A stretch of DNA of 53,643 nt, counting the filler, from Catajapyx aquilonaris (lineage: Eukaryota), in assembly GCA_000934665.2 (NCBI GenBank). It is 3 parts of 3 records of this genome, joined end to end, with 100 filler letters (N's around TTAATTAATTAA, not from the genome) between each part and the next. Parts side by side here need not be neighbours in the genome. Positions count along the whole stretch, not along the records: positions 17,934 to 35,741 come from JYFJ02006853.1; positions 35,842 to 53,643 come from JYFJ02006854.1; 1 more part is not named here. One strand, 5' to 3'. Under the pieces are notes generated by a model, which was given only the letters and a program-made list of their open reading frames with translations, made no database searches and had not been told where the DNA came from. Shown in pieces: positions 24,291 through 37,970 of the stretch. A program made the position numbers and the translations under genes. The number at the start of each line of letters is the position of its first letter. Within the stretch, counting starts at the first letter, position 1.

Positions 24291-27200
24291 TAGGAAAGGT
24301 GGAGGCTGGGCGTGTCAGAAAAAGACTCACCTGTAAAAATTCGGTATATATTGAAAATCACAAAATGCTGTCAAATATTGAAATGTGAAAATACTGTAAT
24401 CTATTTTAATTATGAAAATACAGTGGCATAATGCAAATATGAAAATACTGTAGGACTAGTTCCGCCTCCCGGCCACCAGAGGAGCTGCCTCCTCCCATTG
24501 CGCAGGCGCAGAACGGGGGAAATCAGTCCCTGAACGACCAACGAAGGATTTTAATATCATATATGCTGTAATTGGAGAGAGTAAAAAATAGCTGTTTTTT
24601 ATCAGTAAAATTTATGTTTGTCACCTTTTTAAAAAAACAAACGGCGGCTAATTTTGAGCTTTGTGAACATTCCGGTGGCGACCTTCTCCTCGGAATTCCG
24701 CATCTTCTGGCAGGGACTGGAATCCCACACATCCTTTAGTTCCTTTCTGTATCGCAAAGTGTGACTCAGCGTGATAAACGAACTGTCTGATGCCCGGGTA
24801 ATTGTAACGAAGAGTTGGAAATGTCACCTTGTGGACGTCCAACTTTGTCACCCTGACGTCACACCCACTCCTAGTCTAGTTTAGATAGCTAGGTTGTTTA
24901 CGGATTCCGGAGACTATCTATTGTGCAATGTCCTCATATTTGGCAAAGTTGGTTCAAATGTAAATCCCAGGTGTCGTGTGATAATTTTAAGGCCGGACGA
25001 GTGACTTGGATTTGTAGCTGACATATGTGGCCTATTTTTATAGCGGTGCAGCGGGCAACATTCAAGGGCACAAATCGTAATAATGTATTATGCACCACAT
25101 CTTGTGGCGGTGGATTTATTTCCATCCTGCACACGTGTAAGTTCTTGTGAGGTATTAACACACTACATTTTTTTCCCACACCACTGCTGATTAATTACAA
25201 AGTTCGATCAAGAGTAATGAGAAGACACTTGGCGGTGTACAACATAATTAGCGTGACCTGATGACAAATAATGCAATGCGAGTGACTCCAGGGGGGTGAA
25301 TAACTAACAATTAACAACAAAGCTAAGGGTCAGAGGAGGGTCAGGATGAGGAGGAGGAGGGGTTGAGTTGATTTAAAGTATCCCGTGAAGGACAAATAAA
25401 ACTCCATCAAATGGTTGACATCATATGGATGTGATTCGGTAGTTAGTCTAATGCATGCAATAGTAAGGCCCCAGTTACGAAAGGGCCAAGTGCGTGTATA
25501 TTGTGATGTGATGTGTGTGCCTAGACTTGCACATACATATATCGCCCCCGTGTTGATTGTTGACAGTGATGAATGCAACAAGTTATGACCCGCTTAAATA
25601 GGATTTATACTTTCTCATTGCAAACTCAGCATCGTTCGCTGACAATACCACATGAAGACATCTGCAAGCGCCCCTCTTTTTTTATGCGCATGTTAGAATT
25701 TGCTTGCGAAATTTCCCCCACTCATTATGTGCAATGACAATTTTCCGCTGATTGGGCGCAAGTCTTGAAAATAATGCTTGTAAGTTCCTATTAATCAGCA
25801 CGAACACTTGAGCACGGCCTTGTACTCATCGAATCTCTCTCAGAATAATACAGAAAAAAAGAGCTGCAACTGAGGTGACCTCTGTACGAGCCAGAGAGGC
25901 CGTTAGTTCTGCTTCATTTTCGGGATCTCCGGATAATTCCCTGATTGCATAATTATGATAATGAGAAGCCCGGGCATACTGTGCTAAATTCACCCTATTT
26001 AGTTGAAAAGCAGTCCAATTCATGTATTTCATAATTTATTGGGCCATAATAGGAGCAGGGGTGGTCCCTTCGTAATCTGTATGCGTAAATAGCCGTGGCG
26101 AGTTTACAAGCCCCTTCATTCACAGTCATCATGCTTTTGAAATATAGCGCATTAGTCGCATAGATATTTATAGGAGGTGGTGTGTGGGAGGGGACTATGG
26201 CTCCCAAGTCCCGCGGATTTTGGGGATGAACTGATTAGTAGGTGGGCTTATGCAAAATCAAAGCCCGATTAGTGGAAGGGTGGGGCACCCGGGGGATGGG
26301 TCTTTGGACAATTGCAGTGATTTGCACATTTTTTTGCAGGAAGGGGGGTGGGGGGTGGGGGTACTGCCAACGATTAGTGTTTGTTCTCGCGTAACTCGAG
26401 CCAGCTCTTTTTTCATTATTCCATAGGTAGCACGTGAAGGGGCATAATATTTGCAAACAGTGTTTCACGCTCAAAGGTATTCTCAGCCACGTTCGAGCTG
26501 GAAGACGTCCAGTTTGCAACAAAATTTTAGTGCAAAAAAATTAGGCCAGTTTTCCTAGTGATATGGGAGGAGACAAGCTTCAATTACCGATTAAATCTGC
26601 TCACCTGGCACAAAAACATCGCGTCTCTCGTTGTCCTTTGATGGAAAGATTCGTCTGGTGCAAATCTCAACGTGCCAACATTCCAGTGGAAAAAGACCTG
26701 AAAACGATGTTGTCTGCGTCACCTCAAGATAGGACTGTTGCCCACCAGTGTCTGACACACAGAAATTTTTAACTCGGATTACTTAGATGCCACAAAAAAA
26801 TTTATTTTATTCAAGTGGCAGCGTCGAGTTCACGTTGGTTTTTCAGGCGCTCATTGGCTCGACTACAAAATAAATTTTTAAACGACCCCTAATATGCATA
26901 TACCTCCCAGGGGTAATTAACTAATTTCAAAATCTCATGACCATCAAGCACCGATTGGGTTCATCTAAAATGTGGCAAACCCCATTCATTTAATGCCCCA
27001 ACCGTCGTTTTTACGGCCAGACCATTAATAATATACGACTCGCCTTTAAAAAATTGATAAGGAAATTGTTCCTGGGACACCGTGACGTCACAGCCTGAAG
27101 GGACAAGGAGTTGCTCCATTCCTCAGGTGCGAGTTCACTCTTTTCCCACCCAACGGGCCAAAAATCTTATTCGGCTGCAACCCATAAAATTAAAACGACA

Positions 27201-27926
27201 GACACAAATTGCGGTGAATGAACAGGCTTGGCCCGGGTGCAAAAGGCTTTGCGAGAAGTTGAAGAAGAAAAAAAAAAAGTAGCTCTGCCACTCAGGAGAG
27301 GCCTTAGCTCCTTGGGACTATCAATTATTCAAGGCGAGCTCTTGGGTTGATGTGATGCCGGGCGACGATAACCTGTCCCCGTGGATAAATACCATTACGA
27401 TATCCACGCCGGGGACTGAAAGGAGATTTTTATGGTTCCCGTCATCATCATCATCATTGACATCGTTTTCTTGCTCAATTCTAAACCCATAGCTCTCTCT
27501 CGCCTTCTTTTGCCCACACACAAATCACGTCCCCTCAAGGACTATCGACTTCTGTTTTATCCGGCAGGATCAGGTTCGGGATTACGGGACGCTTTTCTTG
27601 CTTTTACACCCAGCAGCCTTTACTCCGGTTGGGGGGGAAAAAAAACAGACTAATTTATTGCCGAGGTAATTGTGACCTTCCAGATGGGACCCCGACGATG
27701 TTGCCGCAGGTCCCGATTGTAAAACTGGAGCTTTCCGTCACCTACTGAGAATTGATGAGGCTATGATTTAGGCAATGAGTGGTACTCTGCATGGCCCTCT
27801 GGACATTTGCGAATTTTAAACTTAGTTTCACCAAGAAAACAAACTGTGCAAAATTTTGGAGGGATTTTACTTGTAGTCTATAGGCTACCTCAAATACAAT
27901 TCGTTTGATATTAATTTTAGCCTACA

Positions 27927-28077
27927 TAATATTTATTTTATGTTATTTATCACGAATATTATTTGTACACCATAATATTTATAATGAATTGTTTGTATAC
28001 CCCAATATTTATTTTCAATAATTGTTTGTGACCCTAATATTTATTTTCAATTATTTGTATGTCCTAATATTTATTCT
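27927..28077. repeat. AT-rich degenerate minisatellite (~30 bp unit)
   Basis: Recurrent (T)AATATTTATT..T...TTTGTA..CC units. Confidence 0.7.
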
Positions 28078-31000
28078 GATAAAATTAATGCCATTAATAT
28101 AAGTAGGCTATAGTATTATTATTAGTATTATTTCAATATTTCTAATGTCGAGTCAACAGAACTTGAGTGATAGAACGACACCTCATGAATCAGCTGGATT
28201 CAATGATACCTGTCGTTTAATAGCAAAAAAATTGATATAAATAGTCGCGATAGGGTAATCATATATTGGCACGCCCGTTAGAGTAGCGAGCCATTAGGAC
28301 AAGCCGACCCATGCTGGTATGGCTCGATGCTATCAAACATCTCATTACAAGATGGGCTAAGCAGAATTTCATGGCCTGACATTGTGCTTTCCTCGAAATC
28401 TTATAAAATTTGACTTATCACCCTATTTTTTTTTTCTTTTAAGGATACCTTCAATTACCAAGCTCCTGTCGCTGATAAAGGAAACGCAACCTGCTATTAA
28501 GCCAAACAAGTGGAGGAGTGTGACCTCTGGCCATTTGTGCACCCCCTAGCCATGCTTCTGATTTAGAATATAAAAAAACAAAAAAAAACACACAAGTCCC
28601 TTAAAAAATTTAAGAGGCGGACGTGGAAAGTATCACCTGCCAGGACAGCTTGTCATAAGCGTAAAGCAAAAGAGCCTCGCGGGGTCATTCTAATAAACTT
28701 CATTACCATTCAAAATAACTCAGCGAATGGCTTCGAGGGCAACATACTTCACCGGTTGATTGTGCTCGGTGGCTGCTACCACGTTCAGGTAACTGGATCG
28801 TTTATCTTGGTGGCTGCCACACACGAAAAATCCCCCCTCTGGTATCTAAATGGCAATCCAGAAAAGGGGGGGGGGTGGTGGTTTTCTCCCAATACGGTTT
28901 TGACACCAACATTCCATCACTCGACAAAATTGCTGATATTGCCTGCGTTTTATGACTATCCGAACCACCTCGCAGTTTTCCTCACTTTGCAAGCCCGCTC
29001 AAAATTCCAGCCCCGGTTTTGATAAGAAGCACGCAGAGTAAATTAACTCGGCCCACGTTCCGTTTGCATCGGTTTCATTTATCAGTAACTACTGGAATAA
29101 CGAGTCCGTAATATCGGTTGGAATGGCGCCGCAAACCAAGATCGTCGGTCATTTTCAAACTGACCAGCAATCTGGGGGCCTGTTTTGACGTGATACACGA
29201 CCATGGAGAATCTGAGCAAAACATCACATATGCAATAAAATAAATAAGTAAAAGTTACATGTCTGATGAACGCCAAACAGCCCATCATGCAAGCTGTATA
29301 AGTGACCTTCAGTATATGCCTTAATTATTTTTTAAAAATGCAAATAACTAAACAGCTGACAACTGAGCAAGTGTCCTACATATAGGACACTAGTCATAGC
29401 TGGTTAAAAAATTAATGACAATGTAAAAGAATTTAATGAAAATAATTCCTCTTTTTCGATTGCGAAGGGCGAAAGGTCAGTATCGACGTAAAATAGGACT
29501 GCGTTGCTGTAATCGAGTCGTAGTAAATTACGGTTTATTTTTATTGCCGAAATGAAGGGTGCACCGCAGGAATTCAAAGTCTGGGCCACTTACCAGTTTC
29601 TTGCTATTTTTGGAGGTTAATGATAATAATCTAAGGGAGTTGCTGTCAGAAACGGCTAAGGTTAAGTTGAAAACCCCATATTATAAGCAATACAACTTCG
29701 ATTTGGCGTCTATTTAAAAAACGGGCGCAGCTTGCCAACCAAAAATACAGCCGTAAATGGACAACTCACCAAAAAATTACAGCTCAGCTCCCCTGCTATA
29801 GTTATAGGTTACAAATAAAATATAGCACAATTCAAAACGTGGCTCCGGTTAGACTATCATTTGCAAAAAAAATGTAAATAATCAGCCAATTAAAGCAAAC
29901 TTATTTTATTTTAAGTTCTGATTGACCTCATTTGTTACTACTTTCTTTCTATAGTAATGTTACGCGATGTCACATTCCGTCACGCTGCCCAAATTACACC
30001 TCAGATCAGCGTGACGTACTTCATGGCCACACAGGTGTTGGCCAACACCATGTTGTAGTGTGTGTGTATCACACGATCGGGAATCAAAGTGCATTCTACT
30101 CATCTCGTGCCCGTACATAGAAGCCGAAAAAGTCTGACGCTCGAGGGGAGGTTAGATTCCCCACAATTAGCTCTAGTGTAAGTTGTACGTGATCCACGCG
30201 TCGGCGGCTAATTAGTCTCAGGCATTCAATGCTTAATGCTATATAATCACGCCTGCCTCACAGCCAGTTCTCTCATTGGAAGCTAAAGTTGGTCCTCAAA
30301 AAAAAATGTTCAAACCAAAAATTTTCCCACCTTTGCTAAGTTTCCCACATCATTTTTGATACATTGCCTTGAAAACCCCCAGATATTGGATATGTGAGAT
30401 TTTTTTATGTGCGTGCGCATTTCCTCCACTTGGTTTGTTCTTTTGCCCACTTCTTAAATTCCATCCTACCCCCTCGGATAACCCTTTGGCCCTTTTTCTG
30501 CCCGGTTTCAAAAAATCCTGGGAACAAACCAACCCTTTCGGAAGAAGCTGTATTTTTTTTTCATCTCTTCCTTTTCTTACGGCTGGAACATTTAATACGA
30601 ATTCGGTGGGGATTTCCGTGAAGGGAACAAAGGGTCGGACCAACAAGCCCATACCATTTTTTTTCTCTCTTCTGAACCCTTCTCAACCCTTTTTCCGACT
30701 CACCAACTGCCGTATTCCCAAGATCCGGATGTCAACCCTTTCAGACCCAACCTAACTCTTTTTACCAAAAAATATTTTAAGTAATAGGGACTTCCCACAT
30801 TTGGGATTCTGGTGCTCGGGTTTCCTTCGGATGTAAAATGTTACGTGCGCAAGTTCCGACCCATCATTTTTCAAAAAGCGGTCATGCATGTCAGTTTACA
30901 TTGGACCCTACACATCCGACCCGTGCGGCAACATCTAGAGTTTCAGATTTCTGGCACTAAAAACTGATATTTGATGCCAGGTTTGTTCAGTTCCTTTTGT

Positions 31001-32773
31001 GCGCTCTTCATATGCTCTCTGACAATAAAAGTTCCCAGAGTTGATTGCACGTGTGTGCACTGCAGGGGTTGGCAGCATACAATTTTGTTACATTTGGTCG
31101 TAGAAATTGGGAAACCCTATAGTGTAGTACATGAACTTTGCCAACCCCAGATGACATAGGTCACATCCAGTTGGCCAGCTGATCCTGCTGGGACATTTTG
31201 TACAGGCTGTCCCTGCTGCATGGGATTTGCACTTTTTTCCGTTTCTCAGCTGCATTCTTCCGCCGATTCAAATTCTGCTAAGCAGGGCAGCAAGGGGATA
31301 GGCAAGGAAAGGTAAGTTTGATGGGAACCCAACATATGTTTCTGACGCTCTTCTCCTTCTGGCCGACTCCCAACTCACTCTGGCACTAAAACCCTCTCCA
31401 GAGGTCATTGTCGCTCAGTCCTGGACAATACTCGAAATACCCGTCTTCCACTCGCTTTGCAAGAATTTTGAGCCGCCAAGTAGGTTCATATATTACCTAA
31501 TTAACTAGGGGAAGCGTGTGTGTAAACCAGGAGGCGTCGTTTTCACACCGGTTTTATCCCCAGACCGTGGCCGATTCGTTAGGCAAATGAGTGGTGCGGT
31601 TTTGGGGTGACAATGGTGACAAAAAGGTCCCCGAGCTGAAATTAGTGGGCAACGATCGCCTTTCAGGTGGGTCGAAATCCTATTTCTCGCCCGGAACGAC
31701 CCCAGACCGGTTTGTCAGAATGTCCGGAAAACGTGGAAATCCCTTAAGGTAAGGGTTGACAAAAAGGCCGGCTGCTGGTAGAGGCCAGCTGTGATTACTT
31801 CTTGCACCTTGATCCCTACCCAATCAGTGAATATATATGTGCTACCCAACGGGTTCTTAAATGCCCTGCATCTCCATAATCTTCTGCCTTGCTCTATGCG
31901 CTTTCGACAACTTTTTCCCCCACGCAAAAAGCACCCTTCTCTGGAGGTTTTTACCCCTTTTATGCGGAGACATCCGAGACAAAAGGCGACACTGGTAGGA
32001 AAATCCTGATAATTTTCCTTTCAAATCGGACGGAAAACAAGTGGTACGAACTGCGGAATATATTTAAACCCCCGAAGGCTCAGGACAAAATAATGACCCT
32101 GGTTGTATGCCCAGACTTGGACCTTCTGACTGTGCTTGCTCTCTCGAGCGTGCCAGACCATTCCAATGGAATCCCAGCTGTCTAATCATACAATTATTTT
32201 TATTCCGAACGGTAATTTCTTAACCCAAACCGTTGGGGGGAGGGGGGGGGGGGAGAATGCGCTTTTCACAGGGGTCCGGTTGTCATTTGCCTGGTGCCGT
32301 GACCACATGTCCGTTTCGCTCGGAGAAGATCGGACTGACAGGAATTCAAGAAGCATGATGTGTGGATAATAACTGCGGGCCTCAGGATGGTACAAAAATG
32401 GAATTGCTGTGGTTGCACCATGGCCGCAATTAACGGGCAGTTAGGGGGTTGTCTGTAAAGTAGGTTGGATTTTGGCCTTTTTTCACACCTAACTTCATGT
32501 AAGGTGAGATTATACTGTAATATAGGGCAGACTCCTCCATCAATTGAAATTATTCTGAATTTTTGAAAATGATTTTTTGATAATTATATTTAAGTCGAAA
32601 CTTTGTTTTGTTTTTAACATCAATTAAAGGCGATAATTAAGCTTACAATACTCTTGACAAGTTAGTTTCATAAGTTAATATAACATATTAACCCTTAGAC
32701 CCGCAATTCAATAAATTGATAACTTAAAATTTTACTCGCTAATTCATATGATTCAGTAATTAACTCTCACTAA

Positions 32774-32850
32774 TACAGTAGACTCCGGATATAACAGGCT
32801 TCAAGGCACCCTGGACATTAGTATGATATAACCGAGAGTCAGTTATATGA
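32774..32850 (+). mobile_element. pogo/Tigger-like terminal sequence (single end)
   Basis: TA-CAGTAGACTCCGGATATAAC with an internal GATATAAC repeat; no partner end seen. Confidence 0.35.
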
Positions 32851-35741
32851 ATTATGTAAGTTACCGTAATGCATGAACTTCATATTATGCATTCAGCATT
32901 TATTTCAATAGTTAATTGATAATATATTTAATAAATGTTTAACCTAATTTTTTAATTAAAATTTTGCTCGAATGCAGCAATATTTCCGTGCTTCCACCTC
33001 GTGTCACGGTCCGTCACGCTAACTCTCCACCGGCGTGACATGCCTCTCAGTTCAGCCCCCAATGCAATTGGATGGAGCAACTACGTCAGTGTCAGAAATA
33101 AGGCGGTGTCTCACCCATTAAAGTCGAAGGACTTGACCGCCGACCACCTCTCATCGCAAGACCTGAAGAAAGGAGGGAAAAAACGGAAAGAAATTAGCCC
33201 TATCTACTCTAGGTTGTTACAAGTTTAACGACGTGAAGTAGGTGGGGGGGAAAAAAACTAGACGCAACATGCGGGGAAGGAAAATGGACGAGGCATTTCT
33301 TCCTAAACGATGCCGGAATATAGCTTCTGTGCTGAGCAACGGCTCCGAAGAAGGTTCCAAAAAAAGGGATAAAAAGAAAGAAGGCATCAATCTCGTTAGA
33401 AGAGGGAGGAAAAACCCACCATCGTTGTAAATCTAGGTAGAGACTTCCAAATAGGCCTAGTCATGTTTATAGGGTCTTGTTTTTTTTAATACCGTGTATC
33501 CCCGAGAGCATGCAAACGGTGAGCTGTTTCGTGAGCCAACGTTCATTAACCCACTTTTTAATTATTAATTTATTATTCATGCAAAATTTTAATGGTTTCC
33601 AATGGATTAAGTGGTGGCCATGTTCGCGCCAAATGAGCAGAGTTACGATCCAGAGCATAAGCAGCGTGATGCCGCGTACAGATTCGAGCATTACAACCAT
33701 TTTTCCGCCATCAGATGCTAATTTATCGCGGTCCGGAGGTGATTTACGCTTAAAACACGTCTCCCCATTTTCCAGGGCTAATGATGTCACACGCGGCGAG
33801 CTAAAGCTGGTTGTAGGAAAAATAGACGTGGAGTTGGAGGGGTGCGATAATTATTGACCAATTAGAGAAATGTTTATCGCCTACCAAGTATTCCGTCCTG
33901 TTCTCTTTTCCTGTTTGGTGTCCGCCCTCGTAGGTTGGCTGGGCTATAGATTTGTAGTTAGGGCCATATCCCACAGTAGTTTGGAGAACGCCCTTGGATA
34001 GCAAACGAACTAGACTTTCAATTAGACAACACCCAAACCGCGAGCCTCCTGTTCTGATAACGACAGATCCTGCATTCCCTAATTAGGAGCATTGTTAATT
34101 GCTCCTCTTTCATAAATATACACCACATCCTTCCCTTTTAGCATGTTGCAGTCGGACTTAATTTTTCCGACAGTCCCCTTCCCTATTTGGTGCCTAATCG
34201 TGACAACTGGACGGACGCTTCTCACAAAGAAACGTCTTCCAGTTTTCCAGTTGGGGCTTTCCAGTAATAGGTGGTGGCTCAAAAGGCGGGGGGTTAGGTT
34301 CCGTTTTTTTTTATTTTGAAAATTTCCAAAGAGGTAGGGGGAGTCCGTGAGATATTATGCAAGGCCCCAATTAGCTAAGGGTTGGAGGGATTAGGCATTG
34401 GGGCCCCCAAAAGTGTAGGGCCACCATCTTTTTGGGGGTTCCATGGGTCTAAAAGGGGTTTCCAGGGTAGGGAGGCTCAACAGCTGGAACTCTATTCCGG
34501 TAGATCCGAAGGCAAACATAAGCAGCAGGGCAGTTCTCATCGGATTTAAAGGGTTCAACTTTAGACAGAAAAAAAACGAGACGGTTCCGAATGTCACACT
34601 GGTCACCAAATTTACAAAACGCCAACTCTTTGTGGTTGAGCTGAAAAAAAACACGTATCGTTACGGGGATTTTGTCCGGGACAAAATTTATCACTTTGTT
34701 CATAATGGGGCCGGACGGGGAACTTTTTTATGCATTTTCAAGTCCCCTAACTATATCCCTCTGAATAGTCTTTGGCTGTGTGTGTGTGTATGAGATGGGG
34801 AGGGGGAGGTGACCGGGGGTAGATGCATATCATTTGCATAAAACCCATTTTCATATCCGAAAGGCCAACCGTCTGCTTTATCAATATATTCAAACACATT
34901 TTCAAGTAACCCCCGCAGCTTGTTGGGAGACCCAGGGTAAAAAAGCTTTGTGAAAATGGGCCCGAGGGTTGCCAGGGCCATCTGCTGGAAGAGACAGAAT
35001 AGGCAAAACGAAAGGGAGAAAATCTCTTCGGTGGATCACTCCCTGCAAGGAAAAGGGTGGTGGAAAGAAGAGAAGTAAAAAAAATGCTAAAATTTATGGA
35101 TCTCCATCAATTTCAAACGGGGGACCTCAAACATGGCCGCGACAAGCCATAAACCATGCCAAATGCTTTTCTCCCAGCCTTATGATTGCTGCACGTATGC
35201 TGGGAGGGGCTGGAAGAACCGCCTATTAACCCATACCGACTATTGTTAGCCTTGAGGAAATGGATGCGCATAAATAGTTCTATGCGGCTTGAAACTTAAA
35301 AAAATTTGACGGTGGTTCGTTCATGTAGAAAACGCGCACTTATTGCCCGGTTTTATACTTGACGGGAAGGGTACAAAGCCCCGAATGCAAAATGGCGTGT
35401 GCAATTTTTGTCTCCGGAGTTTCATGCCAAATAAGCCGCTTGCAAGCCACAAAAGGTGCCAAAGACGCCAAACACCGCGACAAATTGAAATGAAACGGAT
35501 GATTTTTTAAACTTAAACTTCTTCCAACCGTGGAGGTCTAGACGGTCCAAGATACCTTCAAGGACTCCTGGTGCTAAAATTTTTTGAAGTAAGCGCCATA
35601 AAACCGCAGGGTGGCACCATGTACCAGACCCCTGTAATTTTCAATTTTTTTTTAAACGTCTGGAGGTGGCCTCTGTGCAATATGCGAATTTCATAGAGCT
35701 TCAAAAACCCTGCCCCCTATTAAAAGCCGGGTGACAAGGCT

Positions 35742-35841
35742 NNNNNNNNNNNNNNNNNNNNNNNNNNNNNNNNNNNNNNNNNNNNTTAATTAATTAANNN
35801 NNNNNNNNNNNNNNNNNNNNNNNNNNNNNNNNNNNNNNNNN
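35742..35841. other. Artificial scaffold linker (N44-TTAATTAATTAA-N44)
   Basis: Same 100-nt structure as 17834-17933. Confidence 0.95.
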
Positions 35842-36299
35842 TATATTGTGTAAATTCCTTTTTGCTAAAATGATTTAGGATAATCTAGAATATGATCTTC
35901 AATGTAAAAATATTCGAGTGGCCTGTTGAAGAGCTGTCACAACAGGAGTACGATATCTTCTGTAAAAGTCATTGAAACAGGAACAGCAATTCCCTTCTTC
36001 ATTCTTGCTTTTCTATGATGGCTTCCTGACTGAATTAGAATTGTGGGTTACAAAAATAGTTTGAAAATTACAAATGAATGGTGCTTACAACAAAGATGAC
36101 TGACCTACAGCATTGTGGCATTGGACTTGTTTGCAATTGTGAATTCAGTGGTCTTCTGGTTTGTTCGCATCTGGGGATTACTGGAAAAAATCAAAGTGTA
36201 ATGTAGTTTGAAACTGTGACCACAACTGTGATTCTGTCACAAAATGTGATATGTGAAAAATAAAAATTCAATTTGATCCATCTGCAATAAACGATTTTA

Positions 36300-37000
36300 A
36301 CAACTTCAGTTTTGGTATGGAGCCCAGGACTTTGCATACCTCTTTTCAACACACCACACTATCTCATATCAGTCTAGCATTTTCACACACATTCTAACCA
36401 AGATGGAGTGTTTCCAAGTCACATAGTTCATTTTGTTAGAGCTCTCAAATACCATTTGGGTTATGGACAATAAAATTCAGTAAAATGGTGTGTGGTGTGT
36501 TATGTAAAACAGAATATTGTACTGCTCCGACTGTTGCCAATCATAGTTAACAAAATTTTGGAAGTTTGATTCAGACGCTTCTAGCGACATTTCAGCTCTT
36601 CCTACATTTTATGTGGATGGGTGTCCACCACTTAACGGAGAACGGTTTGCCATAAAAGCAATTTTGTAAAATTGATGTATGCGCCATATTGTATTGCGGT
36701 CTTCAATATATTGCAACCATGTCTGTATGTGGTTTAATGGCTCATGTTCACTTAGTTCATGGTAGTAACATTGAAGAACACCATATGCAAACCTTTCGCC
36801 TTCCTGTAATATCATTTTCCCAAATGACTAGATCCAATTCTAGACCTGAGTCAGAATACACTCTTTGAATGATGACGCAATAAGCTTTACACACATCCAG
36901 ATATCAAGGAAAAATTATAATCAGAGTGCCTGATTTGGCCCTTTCTGATGCTTTCTGAAATAGCTTGCTCTACATTTGAGAATTAGCCCTGATTTGATTA
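36300..37000 (-). pseudogene. Degraded LINE (CR1/Jockey-like) reverse transcriptase fragment
   Basis: Minus-strand fragments YLDVCKAY (cf. LDFSKAFD), W....TGRR.V and SWAPY (cf. VWSPY) in the expected order, with many stops. Confidence 0.4.
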
Positions 37001-37970
37001 AGACAACAAAGCCAGCAGATGTAAATCCACACTTTGTACAAATTACATGTCTGTAAATGGAAAAGTGGGGTTTTGAAGGGCTTCATGAAAGAAACATCTA
37101 CAATGTAGGAAAAACACTTTAAGATCCCAACATTGCCGTTACAAGAGTTACAAAAATGATCTGAATCAATAAAGTAATTGGTTCACACAATGAAAATACA
37201 TTTATCTGACTAACAAAAAAAATACCACTAAACCACCGGAATATATCATCTAATCATCATTAAAAATTTGAGGTTTGTTGCCGTATGGAATAAAGATGAC
37301 GAGATGGACTGGACAAGTGAAATCTTGGGGGAATGAACTCTAGGCTGAGTTGGATGGAACAATAAATCTCAGTTACAAATGAGAGTTAAGGTCATTTACA
37401 ACACACATGCTTTAACTCCTACAATTTTTTAGAAAACAAATAATTATGTGAATTGAAACTACATTGGTATGTTTCATTTTTTCCCCACTGTGCCTATGTC
37501 TAATATTGCATTGTATTGTACATGTGGCCAAGAAGTTCACATGTAACTTCTAAGTTCTAACAAAGTTAATGTTGACCAAGCACTGAAATTGTGCTAAACA
37601 CCTAACAGACTATATGATTAGATGATTTGCAGCCCATCATTATCTTTCCCTTAGTAGAACGTTATGGTTTTATACTACAAAGTTCATATTACATTAATTT
37701 TGTAAATACAGCTTTTCCCAAAGAACCTTAAACAAATCACAATGAGTACAGTAATCATGAGTATGGCAATAACCCAATACTTTTCTCCTTTTTACACACA
37801 GGGAGTCAATGTTATAGTTGGAATTCATTACTTATCATGCCTAACTACAGGGTCTATTCAGACAAAAGTGGCCCATTCAACTCTATGTGTACTGTACATG
37901 GTTATGAATAAGTCCAGGAACAAACATGCTCTCAAAATATGGACAAGTGTCATCTACTAGTAGACCAAAT

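Noticed and set aside
27927..28077. CRISPR-like repeat array
   Set aside because: Degenerate AT-rich tandem units without unique spacers; eukaryotic context; no cas genes.
32000..32160. PIN/XRN-like VVCPDLDLL
   Set aside because: Too short, and spacing to the other expected motifs is wrong.
34079..34282. IGKGTVGKI as a kinase Gly-loop or Harbinger motif
   Set aside because: No downstream kinase (VAxK, HRD, DFG) or Harbinger DDE motifs recognised.
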